Program-made: the position numbers and the translations under genes
NCBI RefSeq assembly: GCF_001194135.2
Contig: NC_068981.1
Coordinates: forward strand, 147,453,314 to 147,517,313
Direction: 5' to 3'
Length of the DNA: 64,000 bases
Source of the DNA: Octopus bimaculoides
Lineage: Eukaryota
Part shown: positions 63,701-64,000 of the stretch, piece by piece
Layout: every line of letters starts with the position of its first letter
How positions within the stretch are numbered: position 1 is the stretch's first letter
The notes under the pieces: model-generated
Seen by the model: the letters and a program-made list of their open reading frames with translations, nothing else
Databases searched by the model: none
What the model was told of the DNA's origin: nothing

Positions 63701-64000
63701 TAGTGCTAACTACTTTTAGTTTTGACTTGTCACAAGAAGTTAAATGTTTATCAGTACATTTTATGATTAATGATGACTTCATAGACAGTGAAGCTGACAT
63801 GATGGAGCAGGTTGCACCAGTATCCAATTGCATTTAAACTGGATGTCCATTTAAACTACAATTAACCCAATGTAAATTTGTTTTACAATTAACAGCCGAA
63901 GTTACTTTCTCATCATTGGACCGTTTAGTATTCATATCATTAACATTAGAGACAGACTTCGTAGTTTTCACCTTCAGAGTTCACTAAAATAACCCAGTTT
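60800..64000 (-). mobile_element. Fossil Ty3/Gypsy LTR-retrotransposon pol (PR-RT-RNaseH-INT)
   Basis: Protease NGHPV*MQLDTGATCSIMS (about 63810-63850); RT DLKSVYWQIGLDESSK and YHDNIFIF (about 63050-63270); RNase H IDAFEFARAELSQ (about 62680-62720); integrase IHDRHIG...SCDIC, LIIVDY, NPKSNG and SPAEKFLDRQLR. Many stops and frameshifts; no LTR identified. Confidence 0.88.
62195..62560 (+). mobile_element. SINE family A inserted in the Gypsy pol
   Basis: TATGGCTGTGTGG head and CAATGACTGAAACGAGTAAAAG end. Confidence 0.88.

Overview
AT-rich, repeat-dense animal DNA from a gapped draft assembly (7 N-runs). The SINE families, (TA)n/(CA)n density and overall repeat content resemble an octopus (coleoid cephalopod) genome; this is my recognition, not a database hit. 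I found no host protein-coding gene I can recognise. Nearly all ORFs in the supplied track come from microsatellites, SINEs or dead transposons. Supported features are: a decayed DD34D mariner (7.6-8.8 kb); a decayed DD37D maT element (49.8-51.1 kb); a fossil Ty3/Gypsy pol with PR-RT-RH-INT (60.8-64 kb, minus); several RTE-clade LINE fragments, one with a PHD-like finger inside the RT; piggyBac-, hAT- and Tc1/mariner-type MITEs; and dozens of tRNA-headed SINEs with interchangeable 3' modules. The best second-look items are a near-perfect 277-bp foldback, two degenerate Penelope-type hammerhead ribozyme cores, the PHD-in-RT insertion, a piggyBac MITE nested inside another, and a few CpG-retaining patches with splice-site and E-box signals that may mark a minus-strand transcription unit. 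I see no evidence of a complete novel multi-gene system. Coordinates of decayed elements are approximate.
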